Positions 1-12,100 of a DNA stretch of 64,000 nucleotides are shown one piece after another. A program made the position numbers and the translations under genes. Each line of letters starts with the position of its first letter. Position 1 is the first letter of the stretch. The notes beneath the pieces are model-generated. The model ran no database searches, was not told the DNA's origin, and saw only the letters and a program-made list of their open reading frames with translations. This DNA is from Octopus vulgaris (lineage: Eukaryota). The stretch lies in assembly GCA_951406725.2 (NCBI GenBank), contig OX597815.1:56420001-56484000 (forward strand), in the 5' to 3' direction.

Positions 1-309
1 ACTACAGTAGCATCATCCCATATGGGTCAGCCACATTTAGGTGGTAAATATGCTTCATGATGTCATGCTGCTACTGTTTACATCTCCCTCAGAGATTTGT
101 TATTGCTATGTATACATTTATGTACATATATACACACCCTATTTCAGCAAACCAAAATATATCTCTACCTCACATTTCCTCTTTCTCGTGCACTATGCTT
201 ATCTCTCACTCCCCAATCCTGTCCTCATTCTATCATTGCTATCTTGTCCCCACCCACCAACACACTCTTCACACTCATGTGAAGTCTCTACTCTAAACTC
301 GTGCAGACC

Positions 310-314
310 TTGTA

Positions 315-381
<67 letters not shown>

Positions 382-412
382 TAGAAATGGAAACAAAATA
401 ATAAATTGAATA

Positions 413-450
<38 letters not shown>

Positions 451-452
451 TT
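310..452. repeat. (TG)n/(TA)n microsatellite cluster
   Basis: Directly visible dinucleotide runs. Confidence 0.95.
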
Positions 453-454
453 TA

Positions 455-1165
455 CATATAAAAAATACAAAATGGGATAAGAACGCAAAACATCCAGACA
501 GGTAGGTGATGATACAAAAATGGGACAACAAAACATCCAGATAGACAATACAAAGAAAACAAGGACGGGTCATTCAGAGTTTTCCTTCCTCAGTTGAGTT
601 CCAGATTATCTTTGCAATTTCAGCTAGTTATACTAGAGATTGCTCCAATCTGGCCAGCCCCAAGGAAAAACTAAGCTAAGAGCATTAGATTCCTTGGAAG
701 AAAACAGCAAACGTATAAAAAATGGAGAATGTTACACAAATACAAATAACAGGACACAACAACAGGTGTCTTTCGACTAAGGGTGAATTAAATTAAGCTG
801 GCGTGTGTGGAAGTAAAGCCTTACAGCAGGGATACAAGATTTCACAGGCACAGGGAGGAATATAGATGTTACACAGACGGCGGCTGAACCAAGAAAGAAA
901 GGTCAGGCTTGGTCGAACACTGGTCACTTGGGGAGAGAAGAGAGAGAGGTAGAGGCAGAGAGACAGAAGAAATAAGGAGGGGAGAGAAAAAATGAGACGG
1001 ACACAGTGAAGTGAAAAGAGGAGGGAAAGTGAGCATGAAGGGAAGCAAGGAAATGTGAGATAGTGGGGAGGAAAGAATGAAGAGTGGAATGAACAAAGGA
1101 AGCATGAAAGGGCTGACAGAAAGAAGGAAAGAATGTTAAACTAGCAAAGCACTCGGAGAGCACAC
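455..1165 (-). mobile_element. Non-coding Penelope-like terminal repeat, inverted copy of 2760-3445
   Basis: 455-~900 is the reverse complement of ~3050-3445 (shared ccaaggaatctaatgctcttagcttag...ggctggccagattggagcaatctc). Strong purine/pyrimidine strand skew; bounded by a microsatellite. PLE assignment is inferred. Confidence 0.6.
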
Positions 1166-1204
1166 ACCTCTGCCAAACAGCTCATTTCCACCCATATACA
1201 CGCA

Positions 1205-1760
1205 TGCTGAAAATCGCCCAATTTCCCAAACCAACGCCAGCAAAAACATAAACCTCCTTGGCGGAGGTTTAAAAAAACATAACACAGCCATATGATTTTT
1301 AGAAAAAAAACCTTTAAAAACAGGAATTATCTGAAGCAGTTATAATACATCAATAACAACAGTAAGCTAGTTTCATCATACAACTAAAAAGAAACAACAA
1401 TTATCTAAAGCTTGAGTGATACACACAATGCGAGTAAAATAGCTAATAGAGAAACGAAAAAAACTTTGGAAACAGCAGCGCCACCATAGGTTACGTTGAA
1501 ACAATGAATGTGTTTTCAAGGGAGATAATCAAAGAACGTAACATTGTAATGTAACAAATGAAAAAATCCTTCAAGAATCTATAAAAATTCCCAGATCACT
1601 ACAAAACTTTCATCATCAGTTCTTTGTGTCATTACCAACTTTTCCTGCAAGTTTCATCAAATATTGTTCCCAACTTTTTGAGTTATTTTGCACACAAACT
1701 GACAGATGGACAAACCAACACTGATGAAAACATAACCGCCTTCCTTGGCAGAGGTAATTA
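1205..1760 (+). mobile_element. Two 3' ends of Helitron/Helentron-like non-autonomous elements
   Basis: AAAACATAA-ACCTCCTTGGCGGAGGT at ~1243-1268 and AAAACATAACCGCCTTCCTTGGCAGAGGTAA at ~1727-1757, each a terminal hairpin motif. Confidence 0.45.
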
Positions 1761-1777
1761 ACAAAACCTAATCATTA

Positions 1778-1936
1778 GGCACAGGAGTGGCTGTGGTAAG
1801 TAGCTTGCTTACCAACCACATGGTTCTGAGTTCAGTCCCACTACATGGCATCTTGGGCAAGTGTCTTCTACTATAGCCTCAGGCCGACCAAAGCCTTGAG
1901 TGGATTTGGTAGATGGAAACTGGAAGAAGCTTGTCG

Positions 1937-1981
<45 letters not shown>

Positions 1982-2197
1982 ATATGTTTGTGCATCTGTG
2001 TTTGTCCCCCCAACATCTCTTGACAACCGATGCTGGTGTGTTTACGTCCCCGTAACTTAGCAGTTTGGCAAAAGATACCGATAGAATAAATACTAGACTT
2101 TCAAAGAATAAGCTCTGCGGTCGATTTGCTCAACTAAAGGCAGTGCTCCAGCATGGCCGCAGCCAAATGACTAAAACGAGTAAAAAGTAAAAGAGAG
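1778..2197 (+). mobile_element. tRNA-derived SINE (cephalopod-type)
   Basis: A-box-like TGGCTGTGGTAAG, B-box-like GAGTTCAGTCC, internal (TA)n and a GAGTAAAA-type tail. Homologous copies at 23657 and 46360. Confidence 0.85.
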
Positions 2198-2725
2198 TTA
2201 TTCCCAACATTTTTGATTATCTCCCTTATACCGAAAAAATCACTGATTACCACCCCCTGTTTGGAAATCTTTTCATCACACAATAGTGAAAAGATGACAC
2301 AATATTGGTAAAGAAATTTGAAAAAAAATATATAAAACTAGTTATTCTTCTGAAAACAATGTCACTACACACAAAATTTTACAACATTTTCCTAACATGA
2401 CGATTTTAATATATTTTATAAGCATATAATACAAGTCTTCTCTAGTTTTTCATTCTATTTTATTTTCTCATATATATATATATATATTTTGTTTTGGATT
2501 TGGTTTGCAAGATTCTTTACATAAGTTCATGTGTTGAAGCATATTCTGTTATGTCTGGGGAGAGTTATTTTCTTTTTGTGCCATATAATGTCAAGACTAT
2601 TGAAAAGATTGCAAGACATAACGAAAATGTTAGGAAAATAAAAATAAGAAATAAGTGGAAATTTTACCGGTGAGTGTGTTACATTATAAGGCACGAAAAG
2701 AAAATTACTCTCCCCAGACACAACA

Positions 2726-2757
<32 letters not shown>

Positions 2758-2759
2758 TT

Positions 2760-3445
2760 GTTCTCTTATATGTAAGTACAGATTTCACTGAACTTTGTAC
2801 AACTTCTACAACACTCTCTCTCCCCTCTCTTACATTTCTTAGCCTTTCTTAGTTTGCACTTCACTTTGTCCCTGTCTCTCCCTTTTTCTCGCTCTCTCTC
2901 TTCTCCCTCTCCTTAATTCCATTGTTCCTCTTTTTCTCTCTCTCTTCTCTCCCTCCTTAATTCGTTTGTTCCTCTTTCTCTCTCTCTTCTCTTTTCACGT
3001 GACAGCTGGCCGACTACTGGCCCGTTTTGGTTTTGGCAGTAGTTGAGCAACATCAACATTTTTCTTCTGCTGTAAGGCTTAATTCATAAAACGCCAGCTG
3101 AATTCAATTCGTCTCCAGTCGAAAGACGCCTGTTGTGATGTCCTGTTATTATTATTTTTATTGTTTTTTTCGTATTATTTTTGTATTTATATTCGTGTAA
3201 CATCGTCCGTTTTTCTGTCCTTGTTTCATATACATTCGAAGCTTTTTTCCAAGGAATCTAATGCTCTTAGCTTAGTATTTCCTTGGGGCTGGCCAGATTG
3301 GAGCAATCTCAAGATTAATCAGCCGAAATTGCAAGGATGCTCTGGTTCTTGACTGAAGATTAAAGGCTTCGAATGACCCGTCCATGTTTTTGTATCGTCT
3401 TCTGGATGTCTTGCGTTCTTGTCCCATTTTGTATTTTTATATATA
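2760..3445 (+). mobile_element. Non-coding Penelope-like terminal repeat
   Basis: Inverted homology to 455-900, CT-rich body, flanked by (TA)n on both sides. Confidence 0.6.
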
Positions 3446-3598
3446 TATATAATAATGAAATTATTGTATACAGTGCTCATGTGCACCATATATATATATA
3501 TACACCCTCCCAACACACACCTACACTCACACATATACAAACATGCATATTTGTAAATTTCAACTAAAGATATATATATATACATACATATATGTATG

Positions 3599-3638
<40 letters not shown>

Positions 3639-3639
3639 A

Positions 3640-5680
3640 ATTAACAGAATGAGATAAAAATCCAAGGCTGTGAAAGATTTCAGAACATTTATAAAGATGT
3701 CTTACAGCTGTTTCCAGGATATTTTATATATCCCTTCATCGGAGATGGTGTGAGAAAATGGTTAACCAATAGTTATTCTAGATAAGATATGAAATAGAGA
3801 GTGAAGTGGAGGAATGAAAATAGTCGTGAGATATGCAGGGATGTTGTATCTGCAGTTCCATAATTTAGGCAGAATGGTATACATATAAGATTCCTGTACC
3901 TTGTGAGTAAGTTCCAATAGTATTTAAAATTGGTCATTCCAAGCATAGAGTTTGTAAATGGTGTTATTGAATTGATGGGTTTTTTGAAGTGACTTAAAAG
4001 TTGGGAATGTGTTTGTAAGTTCAAATCAAAAACAGGAAGAGAGAAAAAAAGAAAAAAGAAAAGCGGGGAGAGAGATAATGAAGAAATGAAGAGAAGGAAA
4101 GTGTACTGGTTAGTGGTCTGTCAGGATAAACTGATAGAAGGAATGGGGAAGTGAGGGTAATAGAGAGAGAAAGATATGAGAGGGTAAAGAATACAGGCAT
4201 GTCAGGTAGAAGAAATGGGGGATGAGAGTTATAGAGAGAGAAAGATATGAGTGTAAAGAGTAAAGGAGTATTGGGTATGTAGTGATAGAGCATGAGGAGC
4301 AGTAGGGGTAGTAAAATGGTGGAATGAAGAATTTGGGAATATAGGTTAGGTTGCTTAGAGGACAGGTCAGTGCTTAGTAGTAGAAGAATATATATACGTG
4401 TGAAGATGTATATATTAAACATGTATATAGATATTTATACACATTAACACCTACACATACAACACGTACACATATATATGTATATGCATATATGCACACT
4501 CATATATACGTGTATCTGTATGTATTATTACCCCTGCAATGCAGGTATATATCTTGCATACATACACATACACACACATGTACACATATACATACAAATA
4601 CAATTAAATGATTGTGATATTCAAGTATGAAAGAGGAATTAGATAGGGATTAGGAGTAAAAATGTTGATTTATAAGGTTATTGGGATTACCTAAGGGGTA
4701 TTGTGGAAATATGGTCATTTAAGCATTTGGATTTGTGGTAGAATTTGAATGTGTGAAAAAAGCAGTGGTTGCATGTGCTTAGTGCCTCATTATGTTTATT
4801 TAGCAGTGTTGGAGAGTTGTGTTCTAATATGCATTGACCTCGGTAGGGAAACCCTGAATACAGTATGGATCATGATAAAGTATAGGGTGTATTTGTATTT
4901 TTGAGATGATGTATGTGGTTGGCGAGTGTTGTAGATTTACTATGTTTATCATATCTAAAAGAATGGAGGTGAGCGGCATATCGTTGCTTAAAACTTTTAG
5001 TTGATCCTATATATATGGCTGTAGAGTTGTGTAATAGATTAAGGACAGTGCACTTGTAAATTACATTATATCTTCTGCAATGGGTTTGTAACGGGCAGAT
5101 GGTTCCAGGACGGTAGTTACAATTAGGTGAATTTTGAGGATTGTGTTCAGGAATGGAGGAGGTAATATTGTCAGAGGAGAGCTTAGAAAAGTGGGTAGAA
5201 AAGACTAGATTATTAGTATTATTAATGTTATCATTACCATCATTGTTATTATTACTATTGTTGTTATTAATTGTACTATTTGTAAGAGTGGTAGAGATTG
5301 AGGTGGTGTTCTGGGCAGTGTCAGTAGGATGGGTTGGGTTATGGTTGTGGTCTAATGTAAGGGTATCTGTGCTGGAGCTGTGTGTGTATTGAGCATTCGT
5401 ATGACAAGAGTTGTAATTATGTGAGTTTTGATAGTAAAGAGAAAGCTTCTGTTTATTAGAGGCTGCTACAATAGATTCAAAGTTGGGTGGGGATGAATAG
5501 GATAGTTTCAGGGTGGATCTATTAAAGATAGAATGATATTTATGTTGCTGAGGGAAGTTAGAGTCTAGTATTTTAAAGAAGGATTTAGCTGAGTTCTTAA
5601 CGTTAAGTGAGAATGGGAGTGTGTACCACAGAATAGAGAGTCTGCTGCTTTTTTTAAGGTGTCTGGGAGTAGTGCTATCT
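3640..5680 (-). mobile_element. Penelope-like element, Naiad-like: thumb/linker, GIY-YIG endonuclease and 3' region (5'-truncated, decayed)
   Basis: ORF 4870-5733 gives ILWYTLPFS..HKYHSIFNRSTLKLSYS, CNYR..CPLQTHC..VIYKC, YIGSTKSFKQRYAAH. The frame continues past the stop as SIL..PY..LLNKHNEALSTCNH. Confidence 0.85.
3700..3745 (-). ncRNA. Minimal type-I hammerhead ribozyme motif of a PLE (core U4>C variant)
   Basis: Minus strand TCT-CCGATGA-AGGGATAT ataaa ATATCCT-GGAAAC-AGCT-GTA-AGA: short stem I, stem II, palindromic stem III and a GUA cleavage triplet. Confidence 0.75.
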
Positions 5681-5705
5681 ATATAATATATATACATATC
5701 TATAT

Positions 5706-6477
5706 AATAGCAGGCCCTGCATGTGAAACCCACCGCCTCAGTAACTTTCTAGATACCCTCTTAAAACCATTCCTCAAGCATGTCAAAAGCTATATAAGGG
5801 ACGACCTGGATATGCTCAATCACCTTCCTAAAACAATAAGCAAAAACACCCTACTAGTATCCTTCGATGTAGTCAACATCTATTCCAATATCCCCCACAA
5901 CCTAAGAATAGAGGCAATTTAATTCTGGCTAGAGAATTGCACCAACAAACTCCCACATCACATCAAAAAATAATTTGTGATAGAAGGGCTAAAATTCATC
6001 CTGGAAAAAAACTACTTTGTCTTCGAAGACAACTTCTACCAACAAAAATTGGGGACTGCGATGGGTACGAGAATGGCCCCCTCCTTTGCTAACCTAGTCA
6101 TGGGATATCTAGAAATTAGTCTTTATCGTAAGGTTCTAGAAAAATATGGCAGCCCATTCTTCCTCTACATAGAAAATAACTAGAAGAGATACCTGGATAA
6201 CTGTTTCATTCTTTGGCATGAAAATATATAGAAACTTAGAGAATTCCAAGCACTTATAAATGGACTTGACGTAAACATTCAATTCACGATGGAATATAGA
6301 CAGCAACAACTTCCTTTCTTCGACATCCTCATTAAGAAATCTAACAATGTAATAGAAACAGATATATATTATAAGCCTACAGACTCCAAGCAATATCTAC
6401 TGTTCAACTCATGACACCCTAGACACACCAGAATGAATATCCCCTTCAACCTAGCAAAAAGGATATGTACTATAGTT

Positions 6478-6478
<1 letters not shown>
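5706..6478 (+). pseudogene. Penelope-like reverse transcriptase fragment
   Basis: LSNFLDTLLKP, VSFDVVNIYSNIPH, QKLGTAMGTRMAPSFANLVMG, RYLDN (YxDD site), LPFLD-like and TDIYYKPT motifs, with in-frame stops. Confidence 0.9.
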
Positions 6479-6536
<58 letters not shown>

Positions 6537-6554
6537 ATATATATGTGTGTGTGC

Positions 6555-8515
6555 TTCTCGTTCGCGGGCGAGTTCTACTAATAGCTCTCGGGAGTGGCCA
6601 TGGGAATGTGAATGGGCCCCAACTATGCGAACCTGTTCGTTGGCTATGTTGAGGCCCAAATATTCTCTAGTTTCACTGGTCCCACTCCCGAACTATACGG
6701 TCGTTACATTGACGACATCATCAGTGCCACCTCACTCTCCCGTGAACATGTAGATTCCTTTCTCTCTTTCGTTCAATCCTGCCCTCCACTATCTCCAACA
6801 CCTCTGTCTCCTTCCTCGACATTTCGGTCAGCATTCTTCACTCCACTCTTACCACCTCCATTCACTACAATCACACAGACTCACACTCATACCTAAACTT
6901 CTCTTCCTCCCACCCCAAACACACCAAGCTTTCCATCCCCTATTCCCAATTCCTCTGTCTACGTAGGCTCTGTAGTGACGACCATGACTTTGAGACTCAG
7001 TCTCAACTCATGGCTCGCCACTTCATCCTACATGGATACCCCCTCACCACTATCCACACCGCCCTTGCCAGAGCACGTTCCGTAGACCGTGCATCTGCTC
7101 TCTCCCCCCGAACCCGCCCTGCAGTCTCCCGCCTCCCTTTTCCCCTCACTTACCACCCCACCACCCTACCTCTCCAACGCACCATTCTTCGAGCTTTCCG
7201 GCATCTCCAGTCCGACCCGTCCACTTCACACCTCTTCCCTAACCGACCCCTTCCCTCCTTCAAATGAGCCCATAACCTACAAGACCTTTTGGTCCACAGC
7301 TTCTTCCCTGACCCTACCTCCCAACCTGGCTCGTTCCCCTGCTCCCACCCACGTTGTCGCACTTGCCCTTACCTCTCCAACACCACCCTCCTCACTGGCA
7401 CCCATCATCAACCCTATCGCATCATTGACTCCTTCACCTGCACCTCCAGCAATACCATCTATTGCATCTCCTGCTCTCTCTCCCATTCCTTGTACATCGG
7501 ACAAACGGGACACCACTTGGCTGACCAGTTCGCGGAACACCTCCGAGACATCTGCCTTCCTAATGACACACTGGTCTCACGCCATTTCTGCTCCACCGGT
7601 CACTCCTTGCAACACCTGTCTGTGTTCGGATTGTCCTTGCACAGAGGCCATCCGGATTCCCGCTTGCACAGTGAGCAGGGATTAATCTTCTCTCTTCGCT
7701 CTTTTACGCCTTTTGGTCTCAGCTCTCCCCCCCTTTTTTTCATCTAACCTCCCCCGACTCCTACTTTGCTTCAGTCCTTCATCTTTTCACCCTTACTCTC
7801 TTTCCCCTTCTTCCCTTCTTTCCCTCTTCTTTCCTCTTCCCCTTCTCTCTTTCTCTCCCCCTCCTCCCTCTCACTCTCCCCACAACCCCCACTCTACCCC
7901 AACCCCCAGTCGAACCCACACCCCACATGGGCTTTCCCCACTCTCGCCCCCCACCTCCCCACAACTACACCATACGACATTACACATCACATCACAACAC
8001 ACCACCCACAGCACACCACCCATATACCCATCCCTACATCTTTACACCTACACATACATACACATATCATATCACAACACACCACCCATCCCCATATCTC
8101 CACACCCACACACACATACATACATACACATGTCCAGACCACCAGCTCTCTTTCACACGCACATACATACTCTCTTATACACACACGCACCTTCATGTTG
8201 GGGCGAAGTCACTTGACCCTGTTATCTCCCCTACTATCCCTCTAGCGTCTAACTTCTGATCTCTAACTTCTGCCTGAAATCAGAACGCCATGTTGGATCG
8301 TTAGCTCCTACACGCATTTTTTTCTCTCCTTGTTTCTTTTCTGTGTATCTTTCTGTCGAAGAGTGTAGGCTCGAAACGTAAAAGACTTGTTTTATTTCTA
8401 TTCCTGAGCGCCATACTAATACAATTGTTTGTTTGTACTCCACCTGCCTTCGTCTTTTGTTTATTTTCGTAAACCTGCCTTCGTCTTTTGTTTATTTTCG
8501 TAAACCTTCCCGTTA
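6555..8515 (+). mobile_element. Penelope-like element, Neptune-like: RT C-terminal half, Zn-linker, GIY-YIG and 3' repeat
   Basis: GVAMG/MGPNYANLFVG, YGRYIDDI, CSHPRCRTC, FTCTSSNTIYCISC, LYIGQTG..FAEH, with frameshifts. Terminal tandem duplication at ~8443-8507. Confidence 0.9.
8349..8384 (+). ncRNA. Degenerate minimal hammerhead motif in the PLE 3' repeat
   Basis: CTTT ctg TCGAAGA-GTGTAGGCTC-GAAAC-GTA-AAAG. The GAAAC/GUA half is intact; the CUGANGA half is altered. Confidence 0.55.
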
Positions 8516-8527
8516 TATATATATATT

Positions 8528-9480
8528 CATCATCATCATTTAACGTCCGCTTTCCATGCTAGCATGGGTTGGACGATTTGACTGAGGGCTGGCAAACCAG
8601 GTGGCTGCACCAGGCTCCAATCTTGATCTGGCAGAGTTTCTAAAGCTGGATGCCCTTCCTAACACCAACCACTCCAAGAGTGTAGTGGGTGCTTTTACGT
8701 GCCACTGGCATGGGGGACAATCAGGTGGTACTGGCAACGACCTTGCTCAAATCTTTTTACACATGTGCCAGTAAGGTGATGTTGGTAACGATTACGCTCG
8801 AATGGTGCCTTTTAAATGCCACTGGCACGGAAGCCAGTTAGCCGCTATGACAACGATCACGCTCAGATGGTGCTCTTAGCACCCTACTAGCATGGGGCAC
8901 AAATGCCAGTAAGGCGACGCTGTTAACGATCACACTCAAATGGTGCCTTTTATGTGCCACTGGCACGGAAGCCGGTTAGCCACTCTGTCAACGATCACAC
9001 TTGTATGGTACTCTTTGCACCCCACTAGCAGTCATCAAATTTCACTTTGATTTCACTTGCCTCAACAAGTCTTCGCAAGCAGAGTTTAGTGTCCAAAGAA
9101 GGAAAAGGTATGCATAAGTGGGCTGGTTATGCCCCTGGCATAGGCCACAAGGTTATGGTCTCGTTTGGCTTGCCGGGTCTTCTGAAGCACAGCGTATTTC
9201 CAAAAGTTTCGGTCACTAGTCATTTCCTTGGTGAGGCCTTAAGTTTGAAGGTCATGCTTCGCCACTTCATCACAGGTCTTCCTGGGTCTACCTCTTCCAC
9301 AGGTTCCCTCAACCACTAGGGTGTGGCACTTTTTCACACAGCTATCCTCATCCATTCTCGCCACATGTCCATACCAGCGCAGTTGTCTCTCTTGCACACC
9401 ACATCTGATGCTTCTTAGGTCCAACTTTTCTCTCAAGGTACTTACACTCTGATGGCGATGATATTGCACAACATGCCCCA
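8528..9480 (-). mobile_element. RTE-clade LINE 3' portion with (GAT)n tail and tandemly repeated 3' UTR
   Basis: LREKLDLRSIRCGVQERQLRWYGHVARM..GRGRPRKT. The tail CATCATCATTTAACGTCCGCTTTCCATGC is shared with 51020, 58210 and 58600. Confidence 0.9.
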
Positions 9481-11478
9481 TCCTTCTAGAAAGATCAGAA
9501 TTCCTTTTTAAAGAGGGATAAAAATTCAAAATCAAATCTGACTTTACTAGTGCCTTGGAAAACCTGATTTATGTTATAAGATGCTTGGGCTGCCACCAGA
9601 ATTATATAGGGTCAACAGGATTATCACTCAGATGCACTCTGCACTGACAGCAGATTGCATTCCCAGAATACAGAATGATACCCTTTAGAGGTACAACAAA
9701 GAAGACAGAAACAGGTATGCTGATGTAAAGGAGATACTAGGTTACCTAGCCAGAAGGAAAAGCAAGAGAAGGAGACAGAGAGTGATCAAGAATGAAAGCA
9801 GAAACAGGTGTGCTGCTGTAGAGAGAGAGAGAGAGGGAAGCAGCAAAAGTGCAAGAGAGAAGGTGGTGAAGTACCAAGGTATACTCACAAGTAACAAGGA
9901 TCAGAGCATAGATGGGATGGCAAAGTAAGGAAGAGAGATAAATGGCAGCAATTGTCAGGCATGTCCTCAAGGTATGAAGGTCATAATATTCATGGTGAGG
10001 TATTGTCCAGAAGGCATGAGTAGAGAGTGGGGATTGTAGTGACTGGCAATAACCTAGGTATAAAGTGGGGTGGGAGGAAAGTAGCGATACAGTAAGCAGG
10101 GTAGGGAAAAGGGGCAGGAAACAATCATAGTATATGAAGAAATGTGAGGAGGAGAAAGATGCAGTTTAGAAAAGAAGACATAGTTTGGTTTCTTAGGGTA
10201 GGGTGTGTGAAAAGTTTATTGTTGCATGTAGGTGGGACACAATGCTTCTAGCACTCCGTTTTGTTGATGTGGACAGGTTTTCTCATATCGTCAAACATAC
10301 ATATCCCCACACAGTGCTTCTAGAAGTCAATTTCGTCATGGTAGGCAAGTTTTCATAAAAGCAGAAATTAGTTTTATTGATGAAAGTTAATAGTGACTGG
10401 AAAACTGATGTATGAAATGTGGAAAATATAATCAAACTCACATGAACATTTAAAAATTTTTTTGTCTGACTAATTTATTATATCATTTGGTGACAAAACT
10501 TTCTCTATCTCTTAATCAAAAAAATGAGAGAGTAGGAAGTACTCATTAAGAGGCAATCAAGCAAGAAAGTTGTCAGAAATATTCCCATGTACAGGGGGGA
10601 AAAGCTAAAGAGATGAATGAGAATAGAGGCTAGTTCATATCCATACTGTTTATAGGTGATGGCAGGAGCACTCTCAAAAATGGTTACTTTATTAAACTAG
10701 AATGGACATAGAAAAGATTGTGCACACATAGTCATGAGGTAAGAGATTCCATAAGATGAGATTTGGAGGAGATTAGTTTAAGGTATACAGTGTGGAATTG
10801 CATGGGAAGCAGATAGCAAATGCAGGACTAAGTGATATATTCTGCAAACTTAATATGAAACCAGAAAGCCTGGTTGCAGTTGTTCAGAGAACTTGCAAGC
10901 TATGTACTATGCAAAAGTATCTCCTAGAAATTTTGTCTTATAAGAGTTTCAATAGTAAATTGACACGTCTCATTTGGTTGCAGAAAGTAGTTTCATACAA
11001 GTGTTATAAACAGTATCTTTACCTGTACAGTTACAGTGCTTCTGCATGCGAAAACTTGGGGATTGTGGGACTGCAATCTTCAGTTGTATGAAGAAAGCAT
11101 AATTTTCTTAAAACAACACCAATAATCTAGCCAAAACTTTATCAAGATTAGAGGTTAAATTTAGCATTTCTTTGAGAATTTTTTTTATTATATATAGGTA
11201 TATTGCACCATTTTTGAAATTTGCTCAATCTTGGCCAACATCATTTTCGTCATTATCCCTAGCTGCTGTACTAGCATGAGATCTTTTTAGTTATTTATAG
11301 TTGATGGATACGTCTTACAAAAATCTAAACTATCATTATTATTTAAGGGTGCTCAGTGCCATAGGTTTCACTTTAGGTGTTTGTAAGATGAATTATCTTT
11401 TCGTTATAGACTATATGATGTTTAAAATGACGTCAAACTTAGTAAATAAAACACATTAAAAAATAAAATCTTAATTAC

Positions 11479-11581
11479 CACCATCACAAAAATCTCTGGC
11501 AATATTCCTCTTGGGTCTCGAAAGACGATGTTGGTCAACCCAGCTGTAAATATCCTCCAGAACTGCATCTTCAAGTTCCAT
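11479..11581 (-). CDS. SPEF1: First coding exon of a sperm flagellar protein 1 (SPEF1/CLAMP)-like CH-domain protein; later exons lie outside the window
   Basis: Translates to MELEDAVLEDIYSWVDQHRLSRPKRNIARDFCDG+G, matching the SPEF1 N-terminal signature Y.WVD..PLSRPKRN..RDFSDG. Good Kozak context (acaATGG), AG acceptor at 11594-11593 and phase-1 donor GTAATT at 11478. Too short to appear in the ORF track. Confidence 0.88.
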
Positions 11582-11883
11582 TGTGTATGTAACTACAGCA
11601 ACAAGTCTCTATTCATACATTCATTTATGAAAATGTGCAAATGTATCGATGTATACTACTTATATAACACGTAGGTGTGTATTTACTATACAAAAGCAGA
11701 AAGGAATAATATGAAGTAAAATGTCATTAAATGTATTACTTTTATAATTATTTTAAAAGTTGGCTTTCCACTTATATCAATCACGTAGCAGTTGTAAATC
11801 ACATTAAACTTATATTAGAACCTAAATTTCCCAACGCACCGGTTGCGTTTCAAACTTGAGAACTTGACCTAGTTTCATATGCT

Positions 11884-11897
11884 GTTTCCATGGCAAT
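11884..11897. promoter_or_regulatory. RFX X-box
   Basis: GTTTCCATGGCAAT differs at one position from the typical X-box GTTTCCATGGCAAC; ~300 bp upstream of a ciliary-gene ATG. Confidence 0.65.
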
Positions 11898-11984
11898 TAC
11901 AGCGGTAAAGAGTTGTTTCCCTTATATACCGATTTTTATTCCAAATTTTGTTAAAAGCTTCAGTGTCAACTCGAAGGTACTTAC

Positions 11985-12100
11985 TGTTCTCTTAGTAGAT
12001 CGAACGACTATTGGTTAACCGCAACTTTTTCTAAATAACCATCAGTCTCCTTGGATTCTGTTTTCTCTTTATATATATTCAAACTAAATATATAGCAATG
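11985..12100 (-). other. Candidate 5' UTR exon / promoter region of SPEF1
   Basis: Consensus donor ACA|GTAAGT at 11984 would splice to the acceptor at 11593 (392-nt intron). Locally CpG-richer. The 5' limit is unknown. Confidence 0.5.

Noticed and set aside
41-573. ORFs rich in CV/YI/HT repeats (also 12886-13191, 53123-53474, 57186-57700)
   Set aside because: They are translations of dinucleotide microsatellites
3270-3385. Possible hammerhead in the 455/2760 repeat (CTGAAGA...GAATGACCCGTC; GGCTGG...CAGCCGAAA)
   Set aside because: Neither arrangement gives a complete CUGANGA + GAAA + NUH core in either copy
4870-4872. In-frame TGA in the Naiad-like ORF as selenocysteine (some Naiads encode Sec)
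   Set aside because: It falls at a position that looks like a conserved Trp (Y.LSW.IL), so TGG>TGA decay is simpler; no SECIS was recognised
9480-10260. Purine-skewed segment, probably another repeat
   Set aside because: No motif, terminus or second copy in the window to classify it
11023-11130. Minus-strand donor CAG|GTAAAG as SPEF1 exon 2
   Set aside because: No frame resembles the SPEF1 CH domain
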